This document shows, piece by piece, positions 61,749 to 64,000 of a stretch of DNA of 64,000 bases. Numbering within the stretch: the stretch's first letter is position 1; every line of letters starts with the position of its first letter. The position numbers were made by a program, and so were the translations under genes. This DNA is from Massalongia carnosa (Eukaryota): positions 744,001-808,000 of the forward strand of contig OZ287087.1 of NCBI GenBank assembly GCA_965645245.1. Direction: 5' to 3'. The notes beneath the pieces are model-generated. The model did not search any database. It was not told the DNA's origin and saw only the letters and a program-made list of their open reading frames with translations.

Positions 61749-62349
61749 TGTAATAAGGCCCCACATCTAGCTCCTAAATAACCTTCAAATAGTCCCTCCC
61801 GCTTTTCAAATAGCTACCTTTTTTCCCTGAAAATTCCACCCCGACATTTTTTTGTCTGCTACCCAGAACACCGTTTATCTACAATCTAGACAACCTTTTG
61901 TCAATCATCCAAACCATCTCTTGATCACCGTCCTGACCATCTTTTGATCACAACCCTGATCACACTTTGATCGTCACCCGTATTAATTTTTGTTCACCCT
62001 CCAGACTATCTTCTGTCAATCGTCCAGATCAACCGACAGATTATCGTCTAGGCCACCTTTTAATTATTACCCAGATCACCTTCTGCCAATCACTCAGACC
62101 CTCTTTGACTACTATTTATATCATCTTTTGTCCATCACTCATTGTCAGGCAGCTTGCCCTGATATTATTCAGTAGCTATGAACTAGAATTTAACTACAAG
62201 GAAGGAAAGAAAAGAATAATCATCGCTGAACTCCTAAACATAATCTACCGTGGGTGCGCTAGCCAGTCAAGCGACGCGCGCTACTGCTTAGGCGAGTCAC
62301 GCTGTCCCGTGACCACCAGAGCATGTCGGGCCAGGCCAGGACCCTGACA
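61749..62349 (-). repeat. Gypsy 3' LTR
   Basis: Purine tract aaggggggtag then tgtca on the minus strand at 62349; distal end at 61749 tentative. Confidence 0.65.
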
Positions 62350-62445
62350 CTACCCCCCTTCTATGGACGACGTCTCGGAGTCGTGAATAATCCGCTCCGT
62401 TCAACCAATTCTTGACTAAAGAAACGAATAATCCCTTTTTCAAAG

Positions 62446-64000
62446 CTAAGCCTCATCGGGTCCATCTACGGTTTCCGTAGATGGTCTGACGTTATCGATC
62501 GTCTGATCCATCCCTGTGATGTCCTCTGGCGCCTTCGGTTTTCGAGGATGTTCTCTATGATATTGCAGAACCTTTTCGATAGACTTTCTGAAGTCGGTCC
62601 ATGGTTGCCAAGGTGGGTCAGCGTTCCATTCGTCCCAATTTCCAATATATGTAGCCTTATACTGTACCCCAAATTTCCTTGTCTCTCGACAGTCCACTAT
62701 CTCTAAGATTTCCCACTCTTCATGTGTTGCCTCCTTATCGTTCTCGGTGATCAAGACAGGTGGGCCGGGAGGCAGTACTTGCCCTGAGAACGGATTGGAC
62801 GGAGCAAGATGCAACTTCCATGGATGAAATATTGGGGTGAGTCCCACATTCTTTAAATGCTGTGGTATGTCAAGCTCATATGCCTTGTTATCGATTATCC
62901 TAACAATTTTCCAGGGACCAACGTTTTTAAACCCGAGGGAACGACTTGGACGCTCTGATGCGAAATGTTTAGCATTAACGTACACTAAATCGCCCACTTT
63001 GTATTCTGGGTGCGGTTGACGATCTTTGTTAGCATGTCGTGTTTGTTCTTCCTGGGCCCATGTTAGCTGATTTCTTAACCATTCTCGCATTGCTTCCTGG
63101 CGAGCGACTATTTTGTCAGCATGAAGTATCTCGGCTTTTCCCTTTTCTTCATATGTTCCTGGAGGCTCTATTCCCGAACGAGGATGAAAGCCGTGATCTG
63201 CGAAAAATGGTGTCATTCCTGTCGAAACGTTAACATGATTGTTGACGGCGAACTCGGCATCTGAAAGATAGTCGACCCAGTTGTCCTGAGCATAATTGAT
63301 GTATGATCGAAGGTAGTTCTTAATTACTTTATTTGCATTCTCAGTTTGACCATCCGTTTCTGGATGATGCGCTGAAGAGAACTTTATCTTTACTCCGTAT
63401 CTTTCACAAATTCTTTTCCACAGATGAGCAGTCAGCTGACTGCCTCGATGGTTTACCGTTGACAATGGAAAGCCATACAAGGAGAAGAGTCGTCGAGACA
63501 TGGCGTCCATTAATTCGTCGGTGGAGAGTGACGTAAGCGGTTCGTATAATCGTCTTTTTGTTAGACGGTCTACTATCACTAATATGTGTTGATACACTCT
63601 ATTCCTTCGCCGACATTCCGGCAAAAACTCCACAAAATCTAAAGAGACGTCTGTCCATTTTCTGTTCGGTATGGGTAGAGGATTCAGTAAGCCCTGTTTC
63701 TTGACATTGTATGATTTTGACCTTCGACAAATGGAGCAGTTCACTGCGTATCTTTTGCAGTGATCCTTCATGTCGAACCAGAAGTAGTTTTCCATCAGTG
63801 ACTGATACATGCTTTTATATCCCGGGTGTCCTTGCAGAGGAGGTTCGTGATGTTTCTGCAACAGGCATAATTGAAGGGGTTCATGATCTGGGACATACAG
63901 CCTATCTTTGACATATAGTCTTTCATCTTTCACTTTGAGATCTCCCATGGCTAATTTGATCCCTTTCTTTATAAGATGCGATGGAAGCTTGCGAAGTTCT
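62446..64000 (-). CDS. Gypsy pol C-terminus (integrase + chromodomain-like), partial
   Basis: H2C2, SLDFV, HPETDGQTE, GPW, FHPWKL, EEWEILEIVD; open to the window edge. Confidence 0.92.
   Translation of the reverse strand, partial: ELRKLPSHLIKKGIKLAMGDLKVKDERLYVKDRLYVPDHEPLQLCLLQKHHEPPLQGHPGYKSMYQSLMENYFWFDMKDHCKRYAVNCSICRRSKSYNVKKQGLLNPLPIPNRKWTDVSLDFVEFLPECRRRNRVYQHILVIVDRLTKRRLYEPLTSLSTDELMDAMSRRLFSLYGFPLSTVNHRGSQLTAHLWKRICERYGVKIKFSSAHHPETDGQTENANKVIKNYLRSYINYAQDNWVDYLSDAEFAVNNHVNVSTGMTPFFADHGFHPRSGIEPPGTYEEKGKAEILHADKIVARQEAMREWLRNQLTWAQEEQTRHANKDRQPHPEYKVGDLVYVNAKHFASERPSRSLGFKNVGPWKIVRIIDNKAYELDIPQHLKNVGLTPIFHPWKLHLAPSNPFSGQVLPPGPPVLITENDKEATHEEWEILEIVDCRETRKFGVQYKATYIGNWDEWNADPPWQPWTDFRKSIEKVLQYHREHPRKPKAPEDITGMDQTIDNVRPSTETVDGPDEA

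Overview
Eukaryotic, almost certainly filamentous ascomycete fungal DNA (GT-AG introns, fungal TE families); the species cannot be named from sequence alone. Most of the window is nested, decayed transposons: six Tc1/IS630-like elements, a pogo/Tigger-like element, three Mutator-like elements (MULEs), Copia and Gypsy retrotransposons with several solo LTRs, a Helitron, a tyrosine-recombinase (Ngaro/DIRS-type) retrotransposon, two MITEs and a SINE-like retroposon. Non-TE genes are few: an intact convergent pair (APH-like kinase plus small permuted papain-like protein), and disrupted OTT_1508-like deaminase, ZNFX1-like helicase, LCCL membrane protein and DUF3716/Ulp1-like genes. Most interesting: (1) a YR retrotransposon lacking canonical long terminal repeats, with a 5' hairpin and an 8-bp asymmetric inverted repeat, plus a 395-bp partner made of just its two ends; (2) a Helitron bracketed by ~270-bp direct repeats; (3) a Tc1-like DD37E family with CACGCG termini and no TA duplication; (4) an intact extra ORF at the env position of a decayed Gypsy. 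Domain names come from recognising motifs by eye, not database searches; boundaries not fixed by TSDs are approximate.
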